This document shows positions 9,307 through 19,711 of a stretch of DNA of 64,000 nucleotides, in pieces. Below the pieces are notes generated by a model, which searched no databases, was not told the origin of the DNA, and worked only from the letters and a program-made list of their open reading frames with translations. The position numbers and the translations under genes were made by a program. Within the stretch, counting starts at the first letter, position 1. Each line of letters starts with the position of its first letter. Source of the stretch: Nitrosopumilaceae archaeon (GTDB lineage Archaea; Thermoproteota; Nitrososphaeria; Nitrososphaerales; Nitrosopumilaceae); contig OZ242274.1 of assembly GCA_965207375.1 (NCBI GenBank), positions 1,092,905 through 1,156,904 of the forward strand, given 5' to 3'.

Positions 9307-10477
9307 TATCCAAGTACTCCTGTACTACCTCCACGTCCTTGTCCCCTCTGCCAGATAATGTAACCACTATTGACTCTGATTTTTTTGATTTTTTTGCAAC
9401 ATTGATTGCCTCTGCAATTGCATGTGATGATTCCAATGCAGGAATGATGCCTTCAGTTTGTGTCAATTTTAAAAACGCATCAACTACTTGCTTGTCTGTG
9501 GCACTGTGATATTTTACACGATTAATCTCCTTTAGATGCGCATGTTCAGGACCCACCCCTGGATAATCAAGTCCTGCTGAAATACTGTGCGTCTCCTTTA
9601 TCTGACCTTGTTCATCCTGTAGCAGATAAGTCATCATTCCATGTAAAACCCCTCTGCTTCCTGCAGACAGCGTGGCTGAGTGATACTGTGTATTGAGTCC
9701 TTGACCTGCTGCCTCTACACCGATGATGTCTGCATCTGTATCTATCATTGGATAAAACGTACCTATCGCATTTGATCCTCCACCAACACATGCAATTACG
9801 GTGTCTGGCACTGTTGAAATTGCTTTCATTTGCTGTTTGATCTCTTGGCCTATTATTGCCTGAAAATCTCGTACCATGACAGGATACGGATGCGGTCCTA
9901 CGGCAGAACCTAGTAGATAGTATGTGGATTTTACGTTTGTAATCCAGTCTCTTATTGCCTCATTGATTGCATCCTTTAACGTCTGGGAACCTGCTTTTAC
10001 GGGATGAACCTTTGAACCAAGCAGATTCATTCTAAACACGTTGAGTTTTTGCCGTATGGTGTCTTTGTAGCCCATGTATACCTCTGCCTTCATTCCAAGT
10101 GCTGCACACGCCATGGCAGTTGCCACTCCATGTTGGCCTGCCCCTGTTTCTGCAATGATTCTTTTTTTCTTCATTCTTTTGGCCAAAAGTGCCTGACCTA
10201 GGGTATTGTTGATTTTGTGTGCCCCACCATGAAGCAAGTCTTCTCGCTTTAGGTATATTTTTGCCCCACCTATTTTCTCTGTCAGGTTTTTGGCATAATA
10301 CAAAGGCGTGGGTCTTCCTGCATATTCTCTAAGATAATGAGTCAACTCACTTTTGAATTCTTTGTCGTTTTTAATTTTAAGATAATTTTCCTCTAGTTCC
10401 TTGATTGCAGGTACTAGTGTTTCTGGTATGTATCTTCCACCAAACTCTCCAAACCTTCCATCCTTGGGATATCTCAA
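9293..10477 (-). CDS. trpB: Tryptophan synthase beta chain
   Basis: HGGAHKINN (PLP lysine region) and GGGSNAIG. Confidence 0.95.
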   Translation of the reverse strand: MRYPKDGRFGEFGGRYIPETLVPAIKELEENYLKIKNDKEFKSELTHYLREYAGRPTPLYYAKNLTEKIGGAKIYLKREDLLHGGAHKINNTLGQALLAKRMKKKRIIAETGAGQHGVATAMACAALGMKAEVYMGYKDTIRQKLNVFRMNLLGSKVHPVKAGSQTLKDAINEAIRDWITNVKSTYYLLGSAVGPHPYPVMVRDFQAIIGQEIKQQMKAISTVPDTVIACVGGGSNAIGTFYPMIDTDADIIGVEAAGQGLNTQYHSATLSAGSRGVLHGMMTYLLQDEQGQIKETHSISAGLDYPGVGPEHAHLKEINRVKYHSATDKQVVDAFLKLTQTEGIIPALESSHAIAEAINVAKKSKKSESIVVTLSGRGDKDVEVVQEYLDNVKN

Positions 10478-11250
10478 TACGAATTCACCAATTTCCTCAC
10501 ATGCTCTTTGATATTATCGCTTTTCATTACGCTAGAGCCTACCAGAAATGCGTCTGCCCCGCATTTTTTCAGATATTGAATGTCTTTGGGCGTGTTTATG
10601 CCGCTTTCTGAGAGTATGGGTATAGTCTTTTCAAACCCGTCTAGTATGTGCCGTGTGGTGTTTAGATCTATTTTTAGCGTGTCTAGATCCCGATTGTTGA
10701 TTCCAACCAAATCTGCATCCGTTTTTAACGCATTTTCTAATTCTATTCTTGTATGGGCCTCTACTAGTATTTTGAGTCCCTTTTTGTGACCGTATCGTAT
10801 CAGCTCATCGATTCCGTCTAAATATCCCTTGTCAAATAACGACTGGATTAATAAAATATAGTCTGCTCCAATTTTTTGGCCTGCATCTATTTGTATTTTA
10901 TCAATTATGATATCCTTCATTAGCAATGGGACATTTACTGCATCTCTTACCTTGATAAAGTATTGAGGTGATCCACTGAAAAGATATGGCTGTGTCAAAA
11001 CAGACAGTGCCTTTGAGCCTCCAGATACCATCTGCCTTGCAATTAGTGCGGGATCTGATGCCGTCCTGATTTTGCCTAGCGACGGAGATGCAAATTTTAT
11101 CTCAGTAATTAGTGTGGCATGCGGATTTGTCCTGATGATACCTGTAAGATCTTGGGTAGATTTTTTCATATTTGCAGATACCTCGTATACTCCGTCATCT
11201 ATTGCAGCCTGAGAATTGTTAACTAGTTTTTTGAGAATATTTTCTGTCAA
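10474..11250 (-). CDS. trpC: Indole-3-glycerol phosphate synthase
   Basis: [10 protein letters not shown] motif. TIM-barrel length. 4-nt overlap with both neighbours. Confidence 0.9.
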   Translation of the reverse strand: MTENILKKLVNNSQAAIDDGVYEVSANMKKSTQDLTGIIRTNPHATLITEIKFASPSLGKIRTASDPALIARQMVSGGSKALSVLTQPYLFSGSPQYFIKVRDAVNVPLLMKDIIIDKIQIDAGQKIGADYILLIQSLFDKGYLDGIDELIRYGHKKGLKILVEAHTRIELENALKTDADLVGINNRDLDTLKIDLNTTRHILDGFEKTIPILSESGINTPKDIQYLKKCGADAFLVGSSVMKSDNIKEHVRKLVNSY

Positions 11251-12290
11251 TCTGTCACCTCTTTTAATTTTTTGAGATCTCCTGTATCTCGAACAAACTC
11301 CTCTAATAGCCTGTATGCACGTCCGCTCTTTATTGTGTGTAGTGCAGTCTGTACTGCCTCCTTGAAATCATCTTCAACATTTGCTACAATCAACCCGCCT
11401 GCTGCATTGAGGGCCGTAGTTTCAATCATTGCCTGGTTGGCAGTGTTGTTTAGTACTGTAACAAATGATTTTATCGCATCCTGTTTTGTTTTAATTTGAA
11501 TCTGACTCATTGATGACTTGTGCAATCCTACCGTTTCAGGATCCACAGAATCGGTCAAAATTTTACCGTCTTTTAGAATTGCTATTTTGTTTGCAGCACT
11601 AGTTGAGAATTCATCCATTCCATCATCTGATATGACCGTCATTATGTTTTGTGCCCCCTTTTGTCCTAGTATTGTAGGCAGTCTGCACAAAAAATCAGCC
11701 GAGGATACGCCGACTAGTTGGTTTTTTACCCCTGCTGGATTACACAGCGGACCTAATAGATTAAACGCCGTTCTTTTTGCAATCTGCTTTCTTGCAAAAG
11801 ACACATGTTTCATTGCAGGGTGAAATTTTTGTGCAAACATAAAACAAATTCTATGTTTCTCTAGGATTTGTGCAATTGACGCAGGCCCCTGATTCAGATC
11901 ATATCCAAAATATTCAAAAATATCTGCACTGCCTGATACTCCTGAACTTGAACGATTACCGTGCTTTGCAACAGTTCCGCCTGCTGCAGCAACTACAAAT
12001 GATGCCGTGGTAGATACATTAAATGTTTGAAGTCTGTCTCCTCCGGTACCGCACATGTCAATTATGGTGCTGTGATTTTTAGGCTCAATTTTGAGTGAAT
12101 ATTCTTGCATTTTGTCTAGCATTGCCAATAGTTCATCGTCAGTTTCCCCCTTTGTTGCAAGCTTTGACAAAAATTGGATATTTTCGTCATCACTTGTTTT
12201 TCCAGATAAAATCTCTGTCATGATTTGATTCATTTGATTATAGCTCAGACTGGTTTTTTCCTGTAGCATTGAGATCATATCTGATATCAT
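11247..12290 (-). CDS. trpD: Anthranilate phosphoribosyltransferase
   Basis: CGTGGDRLQTFNVST and KHGNRS motifs. Confidence 0.95.
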   Translation of the reverse strand: MISDMISMLQEKTSLSYNQMNQIMTEILSGKTSDDENIQFLSKLATKGETDDELLAMLDKMQEYSLKIEPKNHSTIIDMCGTGGDRLQTFNVSTTASFVVAAAGGTVAKHGNRSSSGVSGSADIFEYFGYDLNQGPASIAQILEKHRICFMFAQKFHPAMKHVSFARKQIAKRTAFNLLGPLCNPAGVKNQLVGVSSADFLCRLPTILGQKGAQNIMTVISDDGMDEFSTSAANKIAILKDGKILTDSVDPETVGLHKSSMSQIQIKTKQDAIKSFVTVLNNTANQAMIETTALNAAGGLIVANVEDDFKEAVQTALHTIKSGRAYRLLEEFVRDTGDLKKLKEVTD

Positions 12291-12874
12291 TGTTTTACCT
12301 CCTCTATGAAATTGCTCAGGATTTTTTTGCCCTCTTGCGTCATAATTGATTCGGGATGAAACTGAACTCCCTCTATGAGATAGTTTCGGTGTCGTATTGC
12401 CATGATTTCACCGTCATCTTCTGCAGTTGCAGTTACCTCCAAAATGTTTGGAATTACAGTCTTGTCTCCAACTAGTGAGTGATACCTTGTGGCTCTAAAT
12501 GGATTCTTTACTCCTTTGAATAATTTTGAATTTTTGTGACGTACGGGACTGGTTTTTCCATGTCTTACACATCCTGCATTTGTGACCTTGCCTCCAAATG
12601 CGTGTATGATGCCCTGATGTCCTAGACACACTCCGAGTATTGGTTTTGTCGGCCCCATCTCTCTGATAACCTCACTACATACTCCAAAATATTTTTTATC
12701 TTCAGGTGTTCCGGGACCCGGTGAAATTATTATTGCATCATAATTTTTTACCTTGATATCTGTTAATGTTATTTTGTCGTTTCTTATGACATCTGAATCC
12801 ACTCCCAACTCACCTAGGTACTGTGCTATATTGTATACAAATGAGTCATAATTGTCAATGATTAAAAATCTCAT
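12287..12874 (-). CDS. trpG: Anthranilate synthase component II (glutamine amidotransferase)
   Basis: GVCLGHQ catalytic Cys motif and HPES near the C-terminus. Confidence 0.95.
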   Translation of the reverse strand: MRFLIIDNYDSFVYNIAQYLGELGVDSDVIRNDKITLTDIKVKNYDAIIISPGPGTPEDKKYFGVCSEVIREMGPTKPILGVCLGHQGIIHAFGGKVTNAGCVRHGKTSPVRHKNSKLFKGVKNPFRATRYHSLVGDKTVIPNILEVTATAEDDGEIMAIRHRNYLIEGVQFHPESIMTQEGKKILSNFIEEVKQ

Positions 12875-14220
12875 GATGTCTCCTTTAATGACTGAATCAT
12901 TGCATCTGCCTTGTGTTGTGTCTCTTTGAACTCGCTTTCTGGAACCGAATCTGAAACAATGCCTGCCCCAGACTGGACAAATCCAGAATTTCCATCAATG
13001 AATATGCTTCTTATGGCTATTGCAAAATCACAGCATCCATTAAACGAAAAATATCCTACAGCCCCCGCATATGTGCCCCTTGCCTCTGATTCTAACTCAT
13101 CTATTATTTGCATGGCTCGAACCTTTGGAGCTCCTGATACAGTACCTGCCGGAAAAACTGCCTTGAATGCATCAAACATGTCCTTTTTGGAATCTAGTGT
13201 TCCAACAACGTGTGTAACTATGTGCTGAACATGACTGAATCGTTTGATTTTCATCAATTCCTCAGGATGTACAGTTCCGTATCTGCAAACTCTTCCAATG
13301 TCATTTCTTCCCAAATCTACAAGCATTGTGTGCTCTGCTAATTCCTTTTGGTCCGACAGCAGCTCGGCTGCTAGCTCTTGGTTTGTTTGCTCATCGTCTG
13401 TAACCTTTTTGGTTCCTGCAATTGGAAATGTTTCAACCTTGTTTTGCGTAACTCTTACTAGCATCTCAGGTGATGCTCCAATTATTGTTTTGGTGTTGTG
13501 TTTTAGATGATACATGTAAGGTGAAGGATTTAGACTTCTCAAGGTTTTATACAGTGTTAGATTGTCCCCATTTGCCTCAAAGTTGAATTTTCTAGACAAT
13601 ACGACTTGAAAAATATCTCCATCGTGTATGTATTGTTTTGCCTTTTTGACAATAGTTGAAAATTTTTGTTCATCTGCGTTTGGAACAATCTCTGATGCTC
13701 TAAACTCTTTGAATTCTCCTTGTGATATTTTGAACTGCTCAAATCTGTTTTGATCATAATAAAAATAAAATAATTTCTCATGTAAATTATCATACAACAA
13801 TCCATCGTCATAAATCCCAAATTCCATTAATGGTTCTATTGTATCATGTGAATCTGCAATGTCCTCTACTAGTCTAATGGCATCATAGTTTACAACTCCT
13901 ACTGCCCCACCTAGATATCTGTATGATTGTTCGTCGTTATTTCCCAACAGTTTTTTTAGCTCAGAAAATGGATCACTTGTTTTTACCGTCTTGATTTTAC
14001 CTTCTTTGGAGATTATCTTGACTTTGTCAGAGTATCCCTTTAGAATTATTTTGGGATCAAATCCCATTACTGAGGTTTCTGCAAGCTTTTCTGGCCCTGT
14101 TAGTGATTCGAACAAAAACGAATGTGAATAGTTGCGAGAGATTTTATTGTAAATTTGAAACTGGTTTTCAGATAACTCTAGAGGTATTATTTTTGGTTGG
14201 GAATTTCCAAAGGTATCCAC
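12871..14220 (-). CDS. trpE: Anthranilate synthase component I
   Basis: LVDLGRNDIGRV and GTYAGAVGYF motifs. GTG start at 14218-14220. Confidence 0.95.
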   Translation of the reverse strand: MDTFGNSQPKIIPLELSENQFQIYNKISRNYSHSFLFESLTGPEKLAETSVMGFDPKIILKGYSDKVKIISKEGKIKTVKTSDPFSELKKLLGNNDEQSYRYLGGAVGVVNYDAIRLVEDIADSHDTIEPLMEFGIYDDGLLYDNLHEKLFYFYYDQNRFEQFKISQGEFKEFRASEIVPNADEQKFSTIVKKAKQYIHDGDIFQVVLSRKFNFEANGDNLTLYKTLRSLNPSPYMYHLKHNTKTIIGASPEMLVRVTQNKVETFPIAGTKKVTDDEQTNQELAAELLSDQKELAEHTMLVDLGRNDIGRVCRYGTVHPEELMKIKRFSHVQHIVTHVVGTLDSKKDMFDAFKAVFPAGTVSGAPKVRAMQIIDELESEARGTYAGAVGYFSFNGCCDFAIAIRSIFIDGNSGFVQSGAGIVSDSVPESEFKETQHKADAMIQSLKETS

Positions 14221-14245
14221 CCATAAACAAAATTACAGTCAAATA

Positions 14246-14253
14246 TTATTTAA
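14246..14253 (-). promoter_or_regulatory. TATA box candidate for the trpEGDCBA operon
   Basis: TTAAATAA on the minus strand, 25 nt upstream of the trpE GTG. This spacing fits a leaderless transcript. Confidence 0.5.
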
Positions 14254-14295
14254 GTTGTAGAGTTTTTTACCTCGATATTCTGCCTAGATTACGTT

Positions 14296-14313
14296 ACCGT
14301 ACCGGTACGGTAC
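14296..14313. promoter_or_regulatory. Perfect 18-bp GC-rich palindrome (candidate operator) in the divergent trpE / small-ORF promoter region
   Basis: taccgtaccggtacggta equals its own reverse complement. It ends 2 nt before the TTTATATC box of the small ORF and lies ~40 nt upstream of the trpE TATA. Confidence 0.7.
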
Positions 14314-14315
14314 CT

Positions 14316-14323
14316 TTATATCA
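14316..14323 (+). promoter_or_regulatory. TATA box candidate for the small ORF at 14344
   Basis: TTTATATC, 20 nt upstream of the ATG at 14344. Confidence 0.45.
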
Positions 14324-14343
14324 TATTTGATCGCATGTATATC

Positions 14344-14505
14344 ATGCAGGTATTATCTATTTACAGGCCAACGTTGAGCAAATCCTCTGCTCATAGGGTA
14401 GGGTGTCATGTATGTGGAAAGGGATTAGAGGACGGCTTTTCTGTAACTGCTAAAACAATTCGCAATGATATTGTATTATTTTGTGATGCACACTACAAAA
14501 TCTAG
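14344..14505 (+). CDS. Small (53 aa) putative zinc-binding protein, divergent from the trp operon
   Basis: MQVLSIYRPTLSKSSAHRVGCHVCGKGLEDGFSVTAKTIRNDIVLFCDAHYKI has CxxC...CxxH. It has its own TATA at leaderless spacing. It is below the ORF-track size cut-off. An in-frame ATG also occurs at 14335. Confidence 0.4.
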   Translation: MQVLSIYRPTLSKSSAHRVGCHVCGKGLEDGFSVTAKTIRNDIVLFCDAHYKI

Positions 14506-14564
14506 TCTACGTCTTACTAATCACAAACAACTAGGATTATAATTGTAAAATATCTAAAATCTTT

Positions 14565-15635
14565 ATGGATGATCTTTATAGATTTTTACCAGAGGAGTTG
14601 GAAGATATAGTAATCCGATTGGGCCAGAAGCGATTCAGGGCTGATCAAATCTTACTTCCGTTATACTACAAATATCCCCAAAAAATTGACGACATAAGGC
14701 AGCTATCTAAAATATTTCGTCAATTGCTAAATGAAAAAAAATACACAATCGGTTCTACTACTGAGATACACCGTGTGGTAAGCGATGATGGCTGCACTAC
14801 AAAATTATTGCTAAATTTACCAGATGGTACTCCTGTTGAATCTGTACTTATGCAGTATGGGCCAACAAAAATACTTGGACATCCACGATCTACTGTATGT
14901 GTGTCTACGCAGGTGGGCTGTGCAATGGGATGTGTTTTTTGTGCCACAGGACAGATGGGTTTTAAAAGACAGATGAGGGCAGAAGAAATTGTAGGTCAGG
15001 TAATTCACTTTTCCAAAATGCTAAAAGAAAAAGATCAACATATTACAAATATTGTCTTTATGGGAATGGGTGAGCCGCTTGCAAACTATGATGAAACCAT
15101 ACGTGCGATTAGAATTCTAACCCATCCTAGGGGTTTTGGATTGGGACAGAGGCACATTACAGTTTCTACCATCGGAATCATTTCTGGAATTGACAGACTT
15201 GCACAAGAGAATCTGCAAATAGGCCTTGCTATTTCTTTGCATGCTCCAAACGATAAACTACGCAGAAAATTAATTCCCACTGCAGGACCTACCTCTGTTG
15301 CCGATATTATTGCAGCAGGACGCAGATATTTTATGAAAACTGGTAGACGTGTTACTTTTGAATATGCCTTGATTTCAGGAATAAATGATACTGTTGAAGT
15401 GGCACATGAATTGGCCAGACTTTTACAAGGTAACGGCTCACATGTCAATTTGATTCCAATTAATGCAACAGATGGTGATTTTAACAGACCTGCAAGAAAG
15501 CAGGTCTTGGAATTTGAGAAAATTTTACTTCTTGCAGGCATAAATTGTACCGTTCGGGTTGAAAAGGGTGCAGAAATTGCTGCTGCCTGTGGTCAGCTGC
15601 GTACTGATGTTGTAAATAACCAAACTGTACATTAG
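14565..15635 (+). CDS. rlmN: Radical SAM rRNA/tRNA adenine-C2 methyltransferase, RlmN/Cfr family
   Basis: CAMGCVFCATGQMGF radical-SAM cluster motif and a C-terminal conserved Cys (AAACGQL). Confidence 0.9.
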   Translation: MDDLYRFLPEELEDIVIRLGQKRFRADQILLPLYYKYPQKIDDIRQLSKIFRQLLNEKKYTIGSTTEIHRVVSDDGCTTKLLLNLPDGTPVESVLMQYGPTKILGHPRSTVCVSTQVGCAMGCVFCATGQMGFKRQMRAEEIVGQVIHFSKMLKEKDQHITNIVFMGMGEPLANYDETIRAIRILTHPRGFGLGQRHITVSTIGIISGIDRLAQENLQIGLAISLHAPNDKLRRKLIPTAGPTSVADIIAAGRRYFMKTGRRVTFEYALISGINDTVEVAHELARLLQGNGSHVNLIPINATDGDFNRPARKQVLEFEKILLLAGINCTVRVEKGAEIAAACGQLRTDVVNNQTVH

Positions 15636-15738
15636 AGTTAATTGGCAAATTCTGCCAAAATTTACTTAAGATTTGCAACATGTGCTGACTTGTGTTTTAT
15701 CAAATACTGGCAACAAATGTTAGACCGTTAAGCCGTGT

Positions 15739-17874
15739 TTAATTTGTAGCCTCTATTTTCTTTAAGGTGTCAGCTATTTGTTGCCATAGTGGATTAGAAT
15801 ATTTTTGGGTATTGTTTTGGGCTTCGGCTGCAGTCATAGGATTATCATGTTCTGTAATGTTAAATGCTGCCAAGACTCTATTCCATAAATCAGCTTGTTC
15901 TTTTACAACTTCAATTAAAGTTGCATTTATCGTGTATGTTGGTTCAGGTACTGGTTCTACTATAGGTGTTGGTTCTACTATAGGTGTTGGTTCTACTATA
16001 GGTGTTGGTTCTACTATAGGTGTTGGTTCTACTATAGGTGTTGGTTCTACTATAGGTGTTGGTTCTACTATAGGTGTTGGTTCTACCTGTGATGTATCTT
16101 GAGCAACGGCTGATGTTTGGTTAACCTGTGGTACGTGTATTTCCTGTGGCTCTTGCTGTGGTGTATTTTGTGTTGCATTTTGCTGCTGCTGCTGTTGTTC
16201 AATTGCAGCCTCACGCTCTTGTAAGATATTTGCAATCTTGACCCATAATGGACTAGAATATTTCTTTGTATTTGCCTGTGCCTCTGCTGCAGTAAGTGGA
16301 TTATCATGTTGTATCACTCCAAATGCTGCAAGTGCTCTATTCCATCTGTCAACATGTTGGTGACCGTGATGTACTTGACTTGCAAGGTACTTTATGTCCT
16401 CAATTAGTTCTGGGTCAGCTGTAGGTATTGGTATAGATTCTGGTACAATTATCGGTGTATCTTGTGCGATATTTGATGTGTGGTTAATTTGTGGTACGTG
16501 TATTTCCTGTGGTTGCTGTGGTGAATCTTGAGGTTGCTGTGCGGCTGCATCCCTTGCAGCCTCTAATTTAGCCAGTTCTTGAGCAACTAAACCCCAAAAT
16601 GCATTATTGTATTTTTTTACATTGGCCAGAGCCTCTGCTGCAGTCATAGGATTGTCATGTTGTATTTCTCCAAATGCTGCCAAGACCCTATTCCATCTGT
16701 CAACGTGTTCTGCACCAAGATGAGTTTGTTGTGCCATTATCTTTGCACCGTCTATTACTGATGGATCAATTTCATCATACGGATTTTCTGGTATTGGAAC
16801 ACCGGTTGTGAGTCTGGGTTGTCCGTCACCGCCACCATCATCATCCTGTATTAAGATTACAGCACGCGATGGGTCACCTATAGTATATCCATTACCTGGA
16901 AGTAACGTAAATGTGACGCTTCCATCTGCTTCATCTGTGGAATCATCTAATGTAGCTAGACTGACAGTCCGGGCGTTTGATGTTAATATAATTGACCTAT
17001 CGTTCAGTTCAAAATTAAGCCGAGCATATTCTCCTACTTGGGAAGTTCGATAATTTACTGTTACAGGATTTATTGATGTGGCTGGAGGTGATATAGTTAT
17101 TTCTGCTATAACGGTAGCACCTTCAATCACTGATACAGGATTAATTGTGGAAGGTAGAATTGTCACTACATTAGCTGTTCCAATCTGTGTCTCCCAAAAA
17201 TGTTGGCTAGCATACCTTGCATCAGACGGATTATTTGGATGTATCCACTCATGGAGGTATGGGCTATCTACAGTGCGTTCTACTATAGGTGAAACCATGA
17301 CAAGTAGTGATTCGGGACTGCCACCATAATTGGCTACATTTGTAGACCATGAGGCACTACCTGTATTTGACCCTGCATTGATGGTTATCTTTTTGTAGGT
17401 GACAGGAAGGTAGGTGGGGTTGGTTCCTAAATCCCTGTCGGCCGTGCTACTGTAGGTTGCAAATGTTTCAGTGTCGCTGCTAGTGCCGCCGAGGGTGGCA
17501 TGAGTGGTACTACTACATAGGTTTGCTGCACTTGACCTGACAGAAGCGTGAGATGCATGACAGTCATTAAGCTGTGCATAAAATTCTATTTTCTCTCCTG
17601 TTTTGAGGTGCTCATCTAGAGTTACAGTTACTGTGATGGGTTGACCAGAAGCGGGATTGTTTAGTGTGACTAGGGCTCTGTTTATCTCATTGTCATCTGT
17701 ATAAAATTGAGGGGCCATTGTAACGGATGGCACAATTGGGTGACAGGCAGTGTGGAAATTCGTTTCGCCGTTTATGCGGCAAAGCACATGGTCAGAAAAT
17801 GCCTCTGGTGTTTGAACACCGAGCAATAATGATATAGAAACTGCCATAATAACTGCAAAGTATAATGTTTTCAC
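15739..17874 (-). CDS. Secreted multi-repeat cell-surface protein (711 aa)
   Basis: GTG start with a signal peptide. The N-terminal ~345 aa are paralogous to 1..1018 and end in a Calx-beta-like block (DGSVTFTLLPGNGYTIGDPSRAVILIQDDD). Three ~65-aa helical modules follow, joined by Q/P-rich linkers and (EPTPIV)x7. Confidence 0.85.
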   Translation of the reverse strand: MKTLYFAVIMAVSISLLLGVQTPEAFSDHVLCRINGETNFHTACHPIVPSVTMAPQFYTDDNEINRALVTLNNPASGQPITVTVTLDEHLKTGEKIEFYAQLNDCHASHASVRSSAANLCSSTTHATLGGTSSDTETFATYSSTADRDLGTNPTYLPVTYKKITINAGSNTGSASWSTNVANYGGSPESLLVMVSPIVERTVDSPYLHEWIHPNNPSDARYASQHFWETQIGTANVVTILPSTINPVSVIEGATVIAEITISPPATSINPVTVNYRTSQVGEYARLNFELNDRSIILTSNARTVSLATLDDSTDEADGSVTFTLLPGNGYTIGDPSRAVILIQDDDGGGDGQPRLTTGVPIPENPYDEIDPSVIDGAKIMAQQTHLGAEHVDRWNRVLAAFGEIQHDNPMTAAEALANVKKYNNAFWGLVAQELAKLEAARDAAAQQPQDSPQQPQEIHVPQINHTSNIAQDTPIIVPESIPIPTADPELIEDIKYLASQVHHGHQHVDRWNRALAAFGVIQHDNPLTAAEAQANTKKYSSPLWVKIANILQEREAAIEQQQQQQNATQNTPQQEPQEIHVPQVNQTSAVAQDTSQVEPTPIVEPTPIVEPTPIVEPTPIVEPTPIVEPTPIVEPTPIVEPVPEPTYTINATLIEVVKEQADLWNRVLAAFNITEHDNPMTAAEAQNNTQKYSNPLWQQIADTLKKIEATN
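15953..16086. repeat. Seven perfect 18-bp tandem repeats plus a partial eighth, encoding (EPTPIV)n
   Basis: The unit ggttctactataggtgtt repeats without a single mismatch from 15953 to 16078. The partial copy runs to 16086. Confidence 0.95.
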
Positions 17875-17883
17875 AAAATTAAC

Positions 17884-17892
17884 GGGGGGGGG
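17884..17892. repeat. G9 homopolymer (C9 on the coding strand) upstream of the 711-aa surface-protein gene
   Basis: Counted directly. Flanks are identical to those of the G10 tract at 1028-1037. Confidence 0.9.
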
Positions 17893-17993
17893 TTCTAAAA
17901 ATGTTGCGATTTGAGCAAGTGTACCAGATCAGATCAAGCTCAAATCCGCACCTAATACAATAAATTGATTATTCATTATATTCCTACATAAAA

Positions 17994-19670
17994 TTAATCT
18001 AATCTTGGCACGGTGATTGCTCCTTGTGCTGCAGATCCTACAAGTGATGCGTATTTTGCCAAAGCACCCAAAGTGTAATTTGGCTCAGGACGCCTCCATT
18101 GCTGCTTTCGCTTTGTCATCTCCTTCTCAGATACGTGAAGATCGATACCTGATGTTTTGATATCTATTGTGATTTTGTCATCATTTTTGATCAACGCAAT
18201 TGGTCCTCCAACATATGCCTCTGGTGCAACATGACCTACCATAAAACCTCTAGTACCTCCTGAAAATCTCCCGTCTGTCACCATTGCAACCTTTTTGCCT
18301 AGGCCCTGACCTACAAGTGCTGCAGTAGTTGCAAGCATTTCTCGCATTCCTGGTCCGCCCCTTGGTCCCTCATATCTGATTACGACCACTTGACCTTCAT
18401 CGATTTGACCCTTTGATACTGCCTCAAATGCATGTTCCTCCTTGTCATATACTCGTGCTCTTCCTGTAAACTGAGTCATCTCAACTCCTGCTGTTTTGAT
18501 TACTGCCCCCTCTGGCGCAAGTGTTCCCTTGAGAATAACTGCTGTGCCTGTAGGATGTAACGGGTTATCTACAGGTCTAATAATTGACTGTTCAGGCTCT
18601 GGTATGTTTGCCGAATCTAGATTCTGTTGTATTGTCTTACCTGTTACCGTAATGCAGTCTCCATTTAGTAGTCCATTGTCTGCCAATTTTTTTAAAACAA
18701 ACGGTATACCTCCTATTTTATCAAGACTATTCATGACATAGCTTCCGCCTGGCTTCATATCTGCAATATGTGGAGTCTTTTTCCTGATTGCCTCAAAATC
18801 TTCATATGTTAGTTTGATTCTAGCCTCATTTGCCATTGATAGTAGGTGTAAAATTCCATTAGTTGAGCCACCTACTGCATTTAGCACCGTAATTGCATTT
18901 TCAAATGCCTCCCAGGTCATAATGTCCCTTGGTCTGATATTTTGCTCAACTAGTTTTGCACATGCAGCACCTGTATCATATACCATTTTTTGGCGGCGTT
19001 TGTCTTCTGCAGGAGGACTAGCACTTCCAGGCAATGCCAATCCTATTGCTTCTGAAATTGATGCCATTGTATTTGCCGTAAACATACCTCCACAGGAGCC
19101 TGAGTTGGGACATGCAGTATTTTCGATATCTTTGAGCATCTCAAACGAGATCTGACCTGCATCATATGCTCCTACTGCCTCATACACGTCTACTATTGTA
19201 AGCTCCTGTCCATCTAAAATACCTGGCATTATTGTTCCTCCGTACACAAAAACTGAAGGCAAGTTCAATCTAGCCATTGCCATCATGGTTCCAGGTAGGC
19301 TTTTATCGCATCCTGCTATTCCCACCAATGCATCATACTGATGTGCCCTCATCATTAATTCAATAGAGTCTGCAATTATCTCTCTTGAAACCAAAGATGA
19401 CTTCATCCCCTCGTGACCCATTGCAATTCCATCACTTACTGCAATTGTGGAAAATATTCTTGGTGTTGCCCCATTGTCGGTAACGCCTTTTTTTGCATTT
19501 TCTGCAAGTGCTGGCAATAATATGTTGCAAGGTGTTGCCTCATTTCCGGTATGACAGACGCCTATCATTGATTTACTAAGATCATCATCATCTAGGCCCA
19601 TGGCCTTGTACATTGCCCTGTGTGGTGCACGGGCAGTACCTTCTACCACATTTTTACTTGAAATTTCCAT
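17994..19670 (-). CDS. ilvD: Dihydroxy-acid dehydratase
   Basis: [19 protein letters not shown], and TDGRFSGGT motifs. Confidence 0.95.
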   Translation of the reverse strand: MEISSKNVVEGTARAPHRAMYKAMGLDDDDLSKSMIGVCHTGNEATPCNILLPALAENAKKGVTDNGATPRIFSTIAVSDGIAMGHEGMKSSLVSREIIADSIELMMRAHQYDALVGIAGCDKSLPGTMMAMARLNLPSVFVYGGTIMPGILDGQELTIVDVYEAVGAYDAGQISFEMLKDIENTACPNSGSCGGMFTANTMASISEAIGLALPGSASPPAEDKRRQKMVYDTGAACAKLVEQNIRPRDIMTWEAFENAITVLNAVGGSTNGILHLLSMANEARIKLTYEDFEAIRKKTPHIADMKPGGSYVMNSLDKIGGIPFVLKKLADNGLLNGDCITVTGKTIQQNLDSANIPEPEQSIIRPVDNPLHPTGTAVILKGTLAPEGAVIKTAGVEMTQFTGRARVYDKEEHAFEAVSKGQIDEGQVVVIRYEGPRGGPGMREMLATTAALVGQGLGKKVAMVTDGRFSGGTRGFMVGHVAPEAYVGGPIALIKNDDKITIDIKTSGIDLHVSEKEMTKRKQQWRRPEPNYTLGALAKYASLVGSAAQGAITVPRLD

Positions 19671-19711
19671 AACTAGTTAATCGCACATCTGTAATTTAAT
19701 CTTGTTTTAGA

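Noticed and set aside
8455-14220. The trp operon lacks trpF, and all junctions overlap by 4-14 nt
   Set aside because: Translational coupling and a separately encoded trpF are common arrangements, so this is not unusual enough to flag.
15640-15656. The hairpin TTGGCA-aattc-TGCCAA right after the rlmN stop, as a possible terminator
   Set aside because: The stem is only 6 bp, and archaeal termination relies mainly on T-runs. There is insufficient evidence.
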